A program made the translations under genes and the position numbers. This document shows, piece after piece, positions 8,921 through 17,839 of a stretch of 64,000 nucleotides of DNA; the stretch's first letter is position 1, and every line of letters begins with the position of its first letter. The notes beneath the pieces are model-generated. The model did no database searches. It saw only the letters and a program-made list of their open reading frames with translations, and had not been told where the DNA came from. Origin of the DNA: a virus; IMG/VR virus record IMGVR_UViG_3300036045_000002, positions 16,086 to 80,085 of that record; one strand, written 5' to 3'.

Positions 8921-11900
8921 TCACACCAGCGAGGAGGTTCCCGGGACGATGGAGAGCGACGCCTGGACGGCCGGGACGAAGGAGAACGACACCGAGACCG
9001 GCCCGCCGCTGTACCCGAACCCGCCTGACGCGGCCACGTTGACCGACAACACCGTCACGACCCCGACTCCGGGGACCGCCATGGCACCTCCAGTCGTCCA
9101 GGTCGGAGCGGAGGCCGAGACGCCGACGCCTGCCGACCCGGGGACCGCCACGTAGGTGACGTTCGCGGCCGGGTTTACCCCCGCCGCGACGACGAGGCAC
9201 GTTCCCGGCGTGACGGTAACACCCCCCTGGACGGTGGCCGGGTTCGCCCCCGAAACGGTCACGACGGCGACGGAGGGGGTGCCTACCGCCGCACCGACAC
9301 CTGCCGTCGGGTTGACCCCCGAAACCGTTACCAGACCGGTTCCTGGCGTGGAAAATACCGGCCCCTGGACGGTAGCAGGATTAACCCCCAGCACGGACAC
9401 GCTACCGAGGCCTGGGACGGCCGTAACCGGCCCCTGCAAGGTAACCGGATTAACCCCGGTGACCGTGACCAGTCCGACGGACGGTGCGCCGACGACCCCG
9501 CCTTGAATCGTGGCCGGGTTCACCCCGGAGACTGTGACCAAGGCTACGCCCGACGCGGTCGTGAAAGTCCCCGCCGTCGCCGGGTTGACGCCCGAAACCG
9601 CCACCACCGCCGTCCCAGGCGTCGAATACCCGGTCACGGAGGCCAACGGGTCGATCCCGGACACCACCACGGTGGCCAACCCGGGGGTGGAGACAACACC
9701 CCCTTGGATCGTGACCGGGTTGACGCCGGCAACCTGGACCAGGCCGGTGCCTGGAGTCACCGTGATACCGCCTTGCAGCGTCGCGGGGTTGACTCCGGTC
9801 ACGCTGACTAAGCCGACCGACGGGACGGAAGTAATCCCTCCTTGGATGGTAACCGGATCGACTCCGGTTATGGCGACCGACCCTATCCCCGCGACCGCCA
9901 CCGTCCCAGACCCGGACGACGGGTTCACCCCGGTGACCGTGACCAGTCCGACGGACGGTGCGCCGACGACCCCGCCTTGAATCGTGGCCGGGTTCACCCC
10001 GGAGACCGAGACGGTCGCGACCGTCGGCGTCCCGGTCTGGCTCGGAGGCGGGACGTCGTTTGTGGCCGAGAACCCGCTGAAGTCCAGGACCGGGACCAGG
10101 ACGTCGATCGGAGCGCCGGACAGCTCCGTCACGTGGAGCGTCGCGTCCCCGCCGGAGTAGTCGAGCGTCAGGACGTCGCCGAACGCAACCGGTCCACCGC
10201 TGACCGAAAACTCCCAGATGTTCGTCCCGCTGCCGGACGAGTAGCTGATGCTGACCCCGGCCCCGGACGAGTTCAGCGAAAACCCGGACCCGGACCCCTC
10301 GACCCCGGACGTAGACCCGCCGGGCAGGTTCCACTGGACGGTCAGCGTGTCGCCGGCCGCGTTCACCGTCGCACTCGCCACGTCGGCCCTGGTCAGATTG
10401 CTGGGATTGTCCATCCCAACGTTCTGCGAGCCCATCGTGGTGCCCCAGACGTTCCTGACGGAACCTGGGGTGTACTGCAAATTGACCGTCTCGCCCGACA
10501 GGACCCACTTGGACGAGTCGTACCAGTCGAACGCGACCGACAGCAGGCCTGACCTGACCACAGAGTCGGGCGAGAAACTCCCGTGGTCGGTGACAATCGT
10601 CCAGGCGGACGTCGTGGACAGCCCGGTCGTCGCAATCTCGGTCGTCGGCGTCATCAGGATGCCGGTCGCCGACACGTCCACCACGCCGCTCGAAACGTCG
10701 ATCCCGGGGGCACCCTGGGTGCTATTGTTGGTGACGGTAAAGTTGGAGATCGCGGCCACGTCGTACCCGGACGCGACCGACTCGACGGTCCCGGGGGTGT
10801 AACTGGCCCGGTAAACGTCCGCCGAGTAGACCTTCGGCGTCCCGGTGGACGGCCGGGACAGGTTGTACACCAGCGTACTCGTCCCGCTGCCGGACGAGTA
10901 CGACAAGGACGCCGCACTCGCCCCGATCTGGCTGGACAGTTGGCCGAACCCGCTCGTCCCGGTCACCGCCTCGTCGAAGGTGAACGAGACCTGCGTCCCG
11001 GCCGAGTTGATCGTGACCGAGGTCAGTGTCGGGGATTTGACCCGGGCCGGGTCAACGCCGGACACTGTGACCGACCCGACCCCGGCCGTCGCGGTGACAC
11101 CTCCCTGGACTGTAACCGGATTAACCCCGGTGACCGTGACCAGACCGACGGACGGGGTAGCGGTGACCCCGCCTTGAATCGTGGCCGGGTTGACGCCCGT
11201 AACGCCGACGGAGGCAACGGAAGGAGTCGCGGTCTGAGGACTGCCTCCGGTCGTGGCCCCGAACAACCACGTCTTTCTCGACCACCTCCTAATGAGGTCC
11301 GGGTGCCCGCGGAAGAAGCTGTCATTCAGGAACGAGATTTCGTCAAACTGCAAAGCCCGGTCGAAGACCCTGATGCCGCCGACGGTGATCGACCAGTATT
11401 GGTTCTGGCCGGGGTAGTCGTTGTAGGCGACCCGGCCGATAACCCCCGACGTGTCCCACACCTGAGGTGCGGCGATCAGCCCGTCAACGAACCTCCCGCC
11501 TAGACAGAGACTGGTGGCACTTCCGTTCCACGAGACCGAGACGGTCGTCCACTTCCCCGTGGTCAGGCCGTAGGGAACCGGGCTCCCGCTCGCGCCTCCG
11601 ACCCGGGTGTCGGTCGAATTATTGTACCAGCCCACATACCAGTACGCGACGGTACTGGTACTGACCGAGATGTCGAACAGTTGCAGCGGCGAACTGTTCC
11701 GGAATCCAAAAATCTGACCACCGTTGACCGCGCTCGTCGCGTCCTCGTCCGGCCGGAACTCGACGACCACCGTCCCGGCCGCCGTCGGCATCGAAAAACC
11801 GGACAGGTCGGCCCGCTGACTACTCCCGCGGTCGTAGACCGCCGCCGCCAGCCCGCCGGGCGTGGCGGTCAGCGTCGGCCCGTTCGCCCGGGAAAGCTGC

Positions 11901-12037
11901 TTCCCTTTCCGGCCGACCAGGTCGAAGATGGTGACTCCGGTGCCCTGTCCTTGCACCGGGCACCAAGCGGCCACCAGTCCACGGTTCAACGGATGGTCGG
12001 TCAGCGGATTCGCGAGGTCGATCTGCTGACCGATCAC
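8921..12037 (-). CDS. Large fibre/adhesin-like protein: LamG-like N-domain, ~22-aa repeats, two Ig/SwmB-like domains
   Basis: 1038 aa; LamG-like end 'GGIRVFDRAL'; many 'PxVGLVTVSGVNPATxQGGV' repeats; 'PTLTSVTINSAGTQVSFTFDEAV'. Confidence 0.7.
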   Translation of the reverse strand: MIGQQIDLANPLTDHPLNRGLVAAWCPVQGQGTGVTIFDLVGRKGKQLSRANGPTLTATPGGLAAAVYDRGSSQRADLSGFSMPTAAGTVVVEFRPDEDATSAVNGGQIFGFRNSSPLQLFDISVSTSTVAYWYVGWYNNSTDTRVGGASGSPVPYGLTTGKWTTVSVSWNGSATSLCLGGRFVDGLIAAPQVWDTSGVIGRVAYNDYPGQNQYWSITVGGIRVFDRALQFDEISFLNDSFFRGHPDLIRRWSRKTWLFGATTGGSPQTATPSVASVGVTGVNPATIQGGVTATPSVGLVTVTGVNPVTVQGGVTATAGVGSVTVSGVDPARVKSPTLTSVTINSAGTQVSFTFDEAVTGTSGFGQLSSQIGASAASLSYSSGSGTSTLVYNLSRPSTGTPKVYSADVYRASYTPGTVESVASGYDVAAISNFTVTNNSTQGAPGIDVSSGVVDVSATGILMTPTTEIATTGLSTTSAWTIVTDHGSFSPDSVVRSGLLSVAFDWYDSSKWVLSGETVNLQYTPGSVRNVWGTTMGSQNVGMDNPSNLTRADVASATVNAAGDTLTVQWNLPGGSTSGVEGSGSGFSLNSSGAGVSISYSSGSGTNIWEFSVSGGPVAFGDVLTLDYSGGDATLHVTELSGAPIDVLVPVLDFSGFSATNDVPPPSQTGTPTVATVSVSGVNPATIQGGVVGAPSVGLVTVTGVNPSSGSGTVAVAGIGSVAITGVDPVTIQGGITSVPSVGLVSVTGVNPATLQGGITVTPGTGLVQVAGVNPVTIQGGVVSTPGLATVVVSGIDPLASVTGYSTPGTAVVAVSGVNPATAGTFTTASGVALVTVSGVNPATIQGGVVGAPSVGLVTVTGVNPVTLQGPVTAVPGLGSVSVLGVNPATVQGPVFSTPGTGLVTVSGVNPTAGVGAAVGTPSVAVVTVSGANPATVQGGVTVTPGTCLVVAAGVNPAANVTYVAVPGSAGVGVSASAPTWTTGGAMAVPGVGVVTVLSVNVAASGGFGYSGGPVSVSFSFVPAVQASLSIVPGTSSLV
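9453..10006. repeat. Identical 80-bp direct repeat within the fibre gene (9453-9532 and 9927-10006)
   Basis: Both copies read accccggtgaccgtgaccagtccgacgg...caccccggagac; a diverged copy lies near 11123-11190. Confidence 0.9.
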
Positions 12038-12049
12038 GGCGACTCCTTC

Positions 12050-12550
12050 TCACGCACTGGTCGCGTAGACCGGTTGGTCGGCGTAGGTGTGGTTGCCGCC
12101 GGTCGCGTTCAGGTTGACGCCGGTGTTGTGGGCGACGAAGATCGCGACCTTTTTCGGGACGACCCCGCCGAACACCTGGGCCAGGCTGAAGAAGAACGGG
12201 TAGACGCGGTTGCTGGTCGTGGCGTCCACCCGCATCACGGCGGCCAACTTGGCGAACCCGTCCCGGACGCCTTCACTCGTGACCGTCTCGGCCGAGGCCG
12301 TCCCGTCGAACACGTCCGGCCAGGTCGAGCCGTCGTAACTAGCGACGGCATAAATCCGGATTTCCGTAGCAGCCGTCGGGGACGTGCCGACCGTCACGTT
12401 ACCCTGGATCTCCCGATCCAGGCTCTTGTCCGTCGTGTTGTCCACGATGAACCACTCGTACCCGGCCGTCCAGGTGGACGAAGACCCGAGGGACGTGATT
12501 CCCCCAGAGCCGGTTACCGCCGTCCCGTATTCCGTCTTGATACTGGCCAC
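12050..12550 (-). CDS. Hypothetical virion protein (beta-rich)
   Basis: 166 aa; GAGG RBS; in the structural operon. Confidence 0.65.
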   Translation of the reverse strand: MASIKTEYGTAVTGSGGITSLGSSSTWTAGYEWFIVDNTTDKSLDREIQGNVTVGTSPTAATEIRIYAVASYDGSTWPDVFDGTASAETVTSEGVRDGFAKLAAVMRVDATTSNRVYPFFFSLAQVFGGVVPKKVAIFVAHNTGVNLNATGGNHTYADQPVYATSA

Positions 12551-12568
12551 TGGCCACCTCGGTCAAGG

Positions 12569-13129
12569 TCAGGCGGCCTTGGCGGCCCGGAAGTCCTCGA
12601 CGGTCACCGTCCACCCGAGTTCGTCCAGCCTTGACGCCGGCCTGGTGCAGAACGCGGCGAAGGCGTCGGCGTCGGCCCTGGTAAACACCCCGCCGGCGAC
12701 GAGGGCGTTCACCATCCCGGCCGTCGCCGGGTCCGACGGGTCTACGGCCCGATCGGACGCACCCTGGATGAGTAGGACGACGCCCCAGCACACCGACGCC
12801 ACCTGCGGGTCGGCATGACCCTGCCCGTCGATGAGCGCCTTCAGCAGCCCGCGGGCCATCAGGAAGTTGGTGAACACCGGCAGGCCCACCGCCACCGTCC
12901 TGGTCCGTCTGGCCGGGTCGCGGAGTACGCCCAGGCACCCGGCGGCCCCGTCCGAGGTCAGCGTCCCGAACCTGGACTTGATCCGGTCCCAGCGGGCGTG
13001 ACCGGCCTCGTCGTCCTCGGCCGGCTCGTCCTCGGACTGGAACACGTCCGACCAGAACGGCAGCAGGGCGGCCGACAGCGGCCCGGACTCGACCTCGGCC
13101 TTGAGTTCGGCCGGCGTTGGGGTCTTCAC
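12569..13129 (-). CDS. Hypothetical protein
   Basis: 186 aa; GAGG RBS; operon spacing. Confidence 0.6.
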   Translation of the reverse strand: MKTPTPAELKAEVESGPLSAALLPFWSDVFQSEDEPAEDDEAGHARWDRIKSRFGTLTSDGAAGCLGVLRDPARRTRTVAVGLPVFTNFLMARGLLKALIDGQGHADPQVASVCWGVVLLIQGASDRAVDPSDPATAGMVNALVAGGVFTRADADAFAAFCTRPASRLDELGWTVTVEDFRAAKAA

Positions 13130-13137
13130 CAGTCACC

Positions 13138-13725
13138 TCACGGCAGGTTGCGGGCGGCGTCCACGTCGGCCGCGGTCACGGCCCCCTCGAACCCGAGGTT
13201 GTCCGGGTTGAGTGCCGACCCGCGGGCCTGGGCGATGGTGTTCCCGGTGTCCACCGTCGGCAGGATCCCGCCTGTGGCGACCACGACCACGGCGAACAAC
13301 TTCTCGGCCCGTGTCGCCTTCCGCCGCGACACGTTCAGGATGTGGACCCGTTGCTTCCCGCTGGCCGTCCCGACGCCGCCGTTAAAAATGTTGAAGATCC
13401 CGTCCCGCAGGTTCAGTTTGCCGACCGGGGCCGTGTCGCCCATGAACATCTGCGTCCAGGAATTCTGCTCCGGGACCGTCTGGGCCTTGAAGGTGGCCCA
13501 GTCCCAGACCGACTGGGTGACGCCGTCCGTGCCGAGCCCGGTCTGATGGTACACCTCCGACCTGGTCACCGACGACCGCCAGACCCAGTAGTCCGGGACG
13601 GCGGTCAGGTTGAACGCCGCGGCGATGAACAGGTTCGAGTCGGCCGTCTGCGGGAGGGCGTTCAGGACCGCGTCCGCGACGACGGCCGCCTTAAGCTGGG
13701 TCAGTTGCGTTCCGGTCAACGGCAT
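13138..13725 (-). CDS. Hypothetical protein
   Basis: Start MPLTGTQ at 13725 after AGGAGG. Confidence 0.65.
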   Translation of the reverse strand: MPLTGTQLTQLKAAVVADAVLNALPQTADSNLFIAAAFNLTAVPDYWVWRSSVTRSEVYHQTGLGTDGVTQSVWDWATFKAQTVPEQNSWTQMFMGDTAPVGKLNLRDGIFNIFNGGVGTASGKQRVHILNVSRRKATRAEKLFAVVVVATGGILPTVDTGNTIAQARGSALNPDNLGFEGAVTAADVDAARNLP

Positions 13726-14122
13726 CGGAGTCCTCCTGAGGCGGGTGCGGGTCAACGGCCTTGGTCATCTGGGCCTTGGCCAGGAAGTTCCTGGCGTCGA
13801 TCCTCACGCCGGCGTTGCTCTTGCACCAGTCCCACAGGTGGCCGAACGTGAAGTGACACCTGTTACTGGTCTCGTCACACAGGACGATCAGGTTGTCCGG
13901 GTCCAGCTCCAACCCGGGGGCCAGATGGTACGGCTCGACGTGGTGGACTTCCAGGCCCTTGACCGACCCGCAGGCCGAGCACAGCGGGTGTCTCTTGATC
14001 GCCTCGGCCCGGACCTTCGCCCACTTCGGGCTCCTGGGCCGGCCGCCGAAAACCCGGAAGACGTACCCGTCCTGGATCACGGTCGTGAACAGTTGCGAGG
14101 CGTCCGGGCTCACGACGGTCAC
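13691..14122 (-). CDS. HNH endonuclease
   Basis: CSACG...LEVHHVEP...NLIVLC...CHFTFGH. Confidence 0.85.
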   Translation of the reverse strand: MTVVSPDASQLFTTVIQDGYVFRVFGGRPRSPKWAKVRAEAIKRHPLCSACGSVKGLEVHHVEPYHLAPGLELDPDNLIVLCDETSNRCHFTFGHLWDWCKSNAGVRIDARNFLAKAQMTKAVDPHPPQEDSDAVDRNATDPA

Positions 14123-14577
14123 TCCTTCCTGGCCTTCACCCCCACGACGACCGGCTTGACCTCGGCCTTCTGGTCCGGCCCGGCCTTGGCGGCCTGCCTC
14201 GCCGCCCGGACGGCCTGGACCTTGGCCAGGAGTCCCGCGTCCTCGACCCCCATCGCCTGCAGGTCCTTCTCCTTCATCCCGGCCAGCCGATGGACGAGGG
14301 CCTCCTGCCGGAGGAGGTTTTCCCGGTGCCCCTGGAGGACCTGCGCCCGGGCCTTCGCCTCCAGGCGTTCCCGGTCGAGGGCCTCCAGTTCGGCCTCGAC
14401 CTCCTCCAGCGTCATCCTGGCGACGTCCTGGCCTTCCTTCTTCACCTGCTCGGCCGTCATCCGCCGGCAGTTCCGGACGATGTCGTCCTGGGCCGTCTTT
14501 CGGGGCCGGCGGGAGGCGACCTCGGTCTTCGCCCCTTCCTTCTTCCCGGACTCGTGGGCGGGTGTTTTCTCGGGCAT
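14119..14577 (-). CDS. Coiled-coil hypothetical protein
   Basis: 152 aa, charged and helical; coupled to the HNH gene. Confidence 0.6.
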   Translation of the reverse strand: MPEKTPAHESGKKEGAKTEVASRRPRKTAQDDIVRNCRRMTAEQVKKEGQDVARMTLEEVEAELEALDRERLEAKARAQVLQGHRENLLRQEALVHRLAGMKEKDLQAMGVEDAGLLAKVQAVRAARQAAKAGPDQKAEVKPVVVGVKARKE

Positions 14578-14624
14578 GACGTTTTACCCCGGTTGGACGC
14601 GATTGTAGAGCGAAATTCCGCCGG

Positions 14625-15080
14625 TCAGACGGCGAACTGCAGGTTGCCCCCGTTGGCCCCGGCGTTGGCCATGTCCACGCTGAAGTCGCCGCCGTTGGTC
14701 GTGACGTCCGTGAAGTCCAGGTAGACGATGGGGATCGACCCGGCGTCGTTCGTGATCTCCCGGATGAGGACGATCGCGCCGATGGTCGCGTTCGTGGCCC
14801 CGCCGAGGGCCGTCCAGGTGGCCGGGTCGGTGAAGGTGACGATGACCTTGTTGTTCGTGTTGTCCACGGCCAGGGCCACCGACGCCGACTTCCGGCCCGA
14901 CCCGTTGAACCCGCCGGTGTAGTTGGTGGCGGTGATCTCGGTCAGGTCGTCCACTCCGTCGTGGTCGGGGTTGTAGGTGTAGGAGGAGGCCGCCAGGAAC
15001 CACTTCAGGGCCGTCGTGTCCAGGTCGATGGTTCCGTCCAGGACTTTCATGATCCCGTACTGGTACGCCCCGCTGGCCAT
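14625..15080 (-). CDS. Putative virion structural protein
   Basis: 151 aa; 'IDLDTTALK', 'YTGG', 'FTDPATWT', 'NGGDF' pattern resembles phage structural proteins. Confidence 0.65.
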   Translation of the reverse strand: MASGAYQYGIMKVLDGTIDLDTTALKWFLAASSYTYNPDHDGVDDLTEITATNYTGGFNGSGRKSASVALAVDNTNNKVIVTFTDPATWTALGGATNATIGAIVLIREITNDAGSIPIVYLDFTDVTTNGGDFSVDMANAGANGGNLQFAV

Positions 15081-15108
15081 GTGTCAGGCCCTCCAGTCTA
15101 CACGTTGG

Positions 15109-15648
15109 TTATTTGGTCGGCTTACCTTCGTCCGCCGCCTGGGCCACCGGGACCGGGTCGGACGGCCGGTTGACCACGACGACCGGGACCGGTTGGCTGT
15201 CCCCGAGCGTCCGGATGGTCCCCTCGCCGGGCGTGGTCTGCGACCCGGCGGCCGGCATGGCGGTCAGGACCTGCTGGACGGCCTCGGCCACCTTGGGGAC
15301 GGCGTGCTGGAGTTCGACCAGGACGGCCTCGGTCTTCTCCTGGGCCCGCTCGGCCCGGGCCTTCTGGGCGTCGGTCACGGCCCCCTCGGCCTGGACGACG
15401 CGGAGGAGGACTTCCAACTTGTCGTTCTGGGCCTGGGCCGTCCGGTTGAGGGCCTTCGTCTCGGCCGCGGCCTTGAGGAGGGCCGCGGTGGCCGCGTCCT
15501 GCCTCCTGGTCGCCCGGTAGACGATCCAGCAGACCAGGGCCATGAGGGTCAGCTTCAGGCAGGAGACGACCATCAGGCCGTACAGGACCCGGTGCGTCCA
15601 TCCCTGGTTGGCGAGGATCCGCGGGACGAGGGTGTAGGGGTCGTCCAT
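15109..15648 (-). CDS. Membrane protein with a coiled coil (possible lysis/envelope role)
   Basis: N-terminal TM segment followed by a coiled coil. Confidence 0.55.
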   Translation of the reverse strand: MDDPYTLVPRILANQGWTHRVLYGLMVVSCLKLTLMALVCWIVYRATRRQDAATAALLKAAAETKALNRTAQAQNDKLEVLLRVVQAEGAVTDAQKARAERAQEKTEAVLVELQHAVPKVAEAVQQVLTAMPAAGSQTTPGEGTIRTLGDSQPVPVVVVNRPSDPVPVAQAADEGKPTK

Positions 15649-16223
15649 CAGTCGGCCTCCCGCGCAGGCGAGGGGGGTTGGGGGTCCGGAGGCAGGGCCA
15701 GATGGTGGTCGGTGTCCAGGCCCAGGTCGTCGGCGAACGGGACGACGACGACCTTCTTCTGGGACAGGACCGACTCCAGGTACTTTATGTGGTTGATGGC
15801 CCGCTGGAGCCTGGCGGCCAGGGCGGTCGTCCGGGCCTCCTGGAGCCGGCCCCGGTAGGTCGCGTCGGCCGCCTGGTCACGGACGGCGTGGACCTCCTTC
15901 CGGTCCTCCTCCCGGATCTTGGCCCACTCGGCCCGCTCCCGCTCCCGCTCCTTCTCGACCCGGTCCAGGCTCTCCTTGATGGCGGCGTAGGCCGAGGCCT
16001 CCTTCCTCTCCTCCGCGGCCAGCTTGGCCGCCTCCCGCCTCTCCTCGGCCTTCAGCCGGACGTCCCGGTCCTCGACCGTCTCGGCCCGCTTCTTCTCGCG
16101 GTAGGCCCACCACTTGTTGTACAGCCAGGTGGCGGCCACCCCGACCCCGGTGAACAGGGTCGCGATGGCCCCGCCGACCCCGACGGTTTCGAGCGTGTCG
16201 GCCGCGAAGATTGGAAGGAACAC
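15648..16223 (-). CDS. Membrane protein with a coiled coil (holin-like architecture)
   Basis: TM segment 'VGVGGAIATLFTGVGVAATWLY' followed by a charged coiled coil. Confidence 0.55.
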   Translation of the reverse strand: MFLPIFAADTLETVGVGGAIATLFTGVGVAATWLYNKWWAYREKKRAETVEDRDVRLKAEERREAAKLAAEERKEASAYAAIKESLDRVEKERERERAEWAKIREEDRKEVHAVRDQAADATYRGRLQEARTTALAARLQRAINHIKYLESVLSQKKVVVVPFADDLGLDTDHHLALPPDPQPPSPAREAD

Positions 16224-16284
16224 ACGCCGGCCTCCGTCTGTCGTCCTGGTGTCGTCCGCCGGGAAAACGGGAAAAAGGCGAGTG

Positions 16285-16310
16285 CGGGAGGAGTCCCGGG
16301 ACTCCTCCCG
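16285..16310 (-). terminator. Rho-independent terminator after the EF-hand gene
   Basis: Perfect palindrome cgggaggagtcc-cg-ggactcctcccg, followed on the minus strand by T-runs. Confidence 0.7.
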
Positions 16311-16314
16311 GGCG

Positions 16315-16623
16315 TTACTTCCCGGCCTTGGAGAACTCGGCCTCCAGTTCCTCGACCGAGACCGCCCCGTCCTTGTCCTGGTCGAGGGCGTCCACCACGG
16401 CCTTGGCGTACACGCCCCTCGTGACGAACGTCCCGACCCCCGCGTCCTTGAGGAGGGACTTGACGCCGTCCTCGGTCAACTTGTCCTCCTGGCCGGCGTA
16501 GGCCGCGAAGGCCGCCTTCCAGTCCCCCGAGTACCGGGTGTCCACCAGGGCCTTGACCCGGTCGATCATCTCCTGGTACCTGGAGGCCTGGACGCGGTCG
16601 TCTTCCGGAATGTCGGTAGGCAC
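16315..16623 (-). CDS. EF-hand protein
   Basis: Canonical loop DQDKDGAVSVEE plus a degenerate first hand. Confidence 0.7.
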   Translation of the reverse strand: MPTDIPEDDRVQASRYQEMIDRVKALVDTRYSGDWKAAFAAYAGQEDKLTEDGVKSLLKDAGVGTFVTRGVYAKAVVDALDQDKDGAVSVEELEAEFSKAGK

Positions 16624-16675
16624 AGGACGGTCCTCCGGTGGTCGGGATTCTCGGACTCGGTTAGGACTGGACGGA

Positions 16676-16921
16676 CTACCTGCGACGGCCCGGCGGGTCG
16701 ACCCACGGCGTCTCCGTCCACGGCCCCTTGAACGCCAGGTGGTACCATTGGTAGGCCACGGCCGGCGGCCAGAACACGGACGTGACCCCGAAGAAGGCCA
16801 GGCCGGCCGGGACCGGGATCAGGTCGGACGACGCGGCCGTCCAGTAGAGGGTGTAGGCGGCCGCGACGCCCAGGTAGGCGTACAGGGCCGTCCACCAGTC
16901 CAGGGGGATTTCGATGGTCAT
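16676..16921 (-). CDS. Small two-TM membrane protein
   Basis: MTIEIPLDWWTALYAYLGVAAAY...; two hydrophobic segments. Confidence 0.55.
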   Translation of the reverse strand: MTIEIPLDWWTALYAYLGVAAAYTLYWTAASSDLIPVPAGLAFFGVTSVFWPPAVAYQWYHLAFKGPWTETPWVDPPGRRR

Positions 16922-16940
16922 GGTGGTAGGCCGCGGCAGG

Positions 16941-17141
16941 TCATTCCGGCGGGGGGACGAGGACGACCCGGGTCGTCGCGAAGTCGTAGTACCTTCGGTC
17001 GAGGGCCTGGTCGGTGTACGCCTCGGCCTCCTCCTCCGTCCTGAACAGGAGGGGCCGGTTGTTGTAGCTGACGACAGGCGACCACCGGTCGGGGCCCCCG
17101 TACCCCCTGGACCGGTGCCAGACGACGTACCTCGTGTCCAC
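16941..17141 (-). CDS. Small hypothetical protein
   Basis: GTG after GGAGGAGG; VDTRYVVWH...FRTEEEAEAY. Confidence 0.55.
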   Translation of the reverse strand: MDTRYVVWHRSRGYGGPDRWSPVVSYNNRPLLFRTEEEAEAYTDQALDRRYYDFATTRVVLVPPPE

Positions 17142-17320
17142 GTGGCCCTCCTCCGTGGGAAGGGCGACCTGGACGAAACAAGCCCGTGGCCACCTGTCCG
17201 CCCCCTCGCGGCCCCGGGCCTTTCCGGCCACCCCGGAGGCCGGACCCCGTCCCCGTCCGAACGGAATCCGCCCGCCGGCCCGGGAGGTCGCCTTTCGGCG
17301 GGGCCTGGCCTCACCATTGG

Positions 17321-17737
17321 TCAGGTGAACGCGAGGGCCCCGGACGCCTTCAACGACCCGTCCGGGAGCATGACGACCAGGTAGACCGTCTTGGCCCCGG
17401 CCGCGTGGGTGACGGCGATGTCGATGTCCCCGTCGGCCTCGGACACGGACTCCCCCCGCTTCCCGGTGACCGTCTGGGACGTCCAGCCGTCCGTCCCGCC
17501 GGCGACACCGCCGTCCGGGGCCGTCGCCACCAGCGAGTCCCCGTTGGCGTCGTCGGACAGGAACCACCGGACGTGGCCCCGCACGGCCAGGTCCTTGCCG
17601 CCGCCGTCCTTCAACTGGACGGCCACGGTGATGACGTTCGAGACCTCGGCCCCGATGGTGAAACCGGCGTCGCCCACGGCGGCCGAGGCGTACGGACTCT
17701 TGTTGACGGGGATCTTCGGTCGCACGAACGCTGGCAT
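17321..17737 (-). CDS. Ig-like hypothetical virion protein, first gene of the leftward operon
   Basis: 138 aa beta-rich; GGGAG RBS. Confidence 0.65.
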   Translation of the reverse strand: MPAFVRPKIPVNKSPYASAAVGDAGFTIGAEVSNVITVAVQLKDGGGKDLAVRGHVRWFLSDDANGDSLVATAPDGGVAGGTDGWTSQTVTGKRGESVSEADGDIDIAVTHAAGAKTVYLVVMLPDGSLKASGALAFT

Positions 17738-17781
17738 GGCAGGCTCCCGGGTTCGGGCAGGCGTGACGCCTCGAATCTAGC

Positions 17782-17809
17782 ACCAGGTTGACCTTGAGGT
17801 CAACCTGGT
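17782..17809. repeat. Perfect inverted repeat
   Basis: accaggttgacct-tg-aggtcaacctggt. Confidence 0.8.
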
Positions 17810-17839
17810 AGGCCGGTCTGGCGGGGCCGGCGAAGGCCG

